Shown: piece after piece, positions 62,256 to 64,000 of the stretch
Numbering within the stretch: the stretch's first letter is position 1
How the letters are laid out: every line of letters begins with the position of its first letter
Source: Laetmonice hystrix
Taxonomy: Eukaryota
NCBI GenBank assembly: GCA_965235115.1
Contig: OZ249436.1
Location: 29,700,001 to 29,764,000 of the forward strand
Direction of reading: 5' to 3'
Length of the DNA: 64,000 bases
The notes under the pieces: model-generated
The model's database searches: none
What the model was told of the DNA's origin: nothing
What the model saw: the letters and a program-made list of their open reading frames with translations, nothing else
Made by a program: the position numbers and the translations under genes

Positions 62256-62644
62256 CAGCCTTCTCAATAAGCGCCGGCGGTTTTGCCCGCCTACTTCCCA
62301 AAAACCGCCGGCAACTTTCTCAAAATCAAAAATCGTTTTTAGTCCAGTCTGTCCTCCGACAAAAATCTGAGTGGAAGTGATCTATTTACCCCACAAATTC
62401 ATGCCAATTTTACTCTCAGAATGCACCAGAGCTCACCTTACAGACACCAAGAAATCAAAGCTTTTCAGGAGGATGCCCCCAGCCCCCGAGGCAAGAGTGG
62501 GGTCCCTCTTCCCACCCCCCCCCCACCCCCCGAAGGTCAGCGCGGCACCGACCTTCGGCTGCTGCACTATAGTCTATATGTGTATAGGGCCACCTGTTAC
62601 TTTGTCAACTTCCCCTTCTACTACCTTTCTTATTGAAACCCCTG
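62256..62644. mobile_element. Small TIR element
   Basis: Imperfect TIRs CAGCCTTCTCAATAAG / CTTATTGAAACCCCTG; flanking direct repeat GTAAAT. Confidence 0.55.
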
Positions 62645-63624
62645 GTAAATAGATGGTTTTGGGGGTAAATTTGTATGTTTCTCTTCAGTTAGGATAAGAC
62701 AGAACCAGTCAGTGTGAACTGAAGAAAATTCGGGAATAGCCCATACAGTCTACCTTTTTAAACAGAATCAATATGAAAAAAAAAATCAGTGCCATAAAGT
62801 ACGTTAGTGATGAGCATGTTCTAGTACAAGTCGGAAACTGAAGATTTCGGTCGATACCACAGCTGAGCCACTGTGTATGTTGGCCTACTCTGTTACAGTA
62901 TGTCGCACAATGACGACTGCGGACAGTAGCCTTGACTAGCGGTCTGCCAACCTTTCATGAACAGAAAGCGGTAGGTTTTCGCGGCAAAAAAGTCGCCGCA
63001 CCAAATGTGTGCAAACTACGGGGATGCGGAAAAATTTTCCCTCAAATTTTTGTTTAAAAAGGGGGTAAAATAATGAATTTTCCTGTTTTCTGAGACATAA
63101 ATTGACTTTAATTGAAAGAGAATCAACCAATAATCCACGAGATGACAGTGCACTCGGGATTCCTCGGCTGCTCCCGGAAAATTAGCGACTATGGACGGGC
63201 ACCGCTGGAAGCCATTTCTATTCTGTCAAGACTGAAAATTGAAAGTGAAATAGGGCCCTAAGCTCTAGCCTGAATCTGCCTTTATTTCGTACATGATTCC
63301 ATCCAGACTCCAGATTTTGGGTTGAAAGCAGGGGCGTAGGAAACTGGGGGCAGAAGTTGAAAGCAGGGGCGTAGGAAACTGGGGGCAGAGGGGGCTGCTG
63401 CCCCCCCAATATTTATAAAATGACCGCATGGCTCAATGCAAAAGCATAGGCGTAAGTCATTGTGACGTCACTTCTGCCCCCCCAATATTTTTTCCTTCCT
63501 ACACTACTGGAAAGGAACTGTAGAACACGATTCTTCAGTCAAAATCTTGTATAAATAAAGAAAATGTACCGTACTCCGATCTCTCATTTTCCGCGAGTGT
63601 TATCGCGAGCGCGCTTCCATTTAA

Positions 63625-63985
63625 CCCTATGCCGGCGACGTTTGTTACGTCACAGTCGTCACAGAGGCTGACCCAGTTTTGCGCACCACCCCACGTGGGC
63701 AAGCCATTTTAGATTTTCGTCTCGAAAAACGTGATTTTAGGACACATAAATGTCTAAAAGACAATAGCAATCAAAGTAATATGTAAGGGGGGAGTTAGTA
63801 CAGCTACTCGACAATTGTAGTTGGGTGATTGACAGTCTTTGCTATCAATGGGCCGGATTTACGTGGAGTGGTCGGAGTAGACAAAAAAGTGCCTCAAGGC
63901 ATCGTCCGCCCTGGGGCGGTAATGCCTCAAGGCATCGTCCGCCCTGGCACGGTAATGCCTCAAGGCATCGTTCGCCCTGAAAGGG
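63625..63985. mobile_element. piggyBac-like MITE with a subterminal 33-bp tandem repeat
   Basis: TTAA|CCCT...AGGG|TTAA; about 2.7 copies of TGCCTCAAGGCATCGTCCGCCCTGGGGCGGTAA at 63890-63979. Confidence 0.6.
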
Positions 63986-64000
63986 TTAAGTGGCGCCATC

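Noticed and set aside
63565..63620. CpG-rich stretch as the promoter or first non-coding exon of the zinc-finger gene
   Set aside because: Only a weak donor-like match and it abuts MITEs; a 5' exon is expected but cannot be placed without transcript data
63890..63979. 33-bp repeats (and ~27-bp repeats near 11490-11565) as a CRISPR-like array
   Set aside because: Head-to-tail tandem copies with no unique spacers, inside transposon-like elements in eukaryotic DNA

Overview
Animal genomic DNA, probably from an invertebrate; the lophotrochozoan-like character is my inference. Most of the window is one minus-strand gene with an unusual layout. A single constant coding exon (58473-59378) encodes a conserved-looking ~55-aa N-terminal domain plus an acidic, low-complexity linker and ends in a phase-0 GTGAGT donor. 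It is followed by at least 33 intact, diverse cassettes (~255-390 bp, 1068-54287) and one decayed cassette. Each intact cassette starts at a phase-0 CAG acceptor and encodes a short linker, 2-3 zinc fingers and its own stop codon. This is the constant-exon plus alternative-terminal-exon design of Drosophila lola, mod(mdg4), broad and fruitless, but the N-terminal domain is not recognisably BTB. The array may continue past the left edge. Three very young LTR elements, each with LTR pairs identical by eye and a 4-bp TSD, sit between cassettes: a non-autonomous element with TA...TA termini and an orphan ORF (3398-6239), a gag-protease-only element with an extra ORF (8904-17607), and a full-length Gypsy element with an IHDD RT motif and a -1 frameshift (24189-32818). 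Several MITE-like TIR elements are also present. All splicing statements are predictions from sequence alone.
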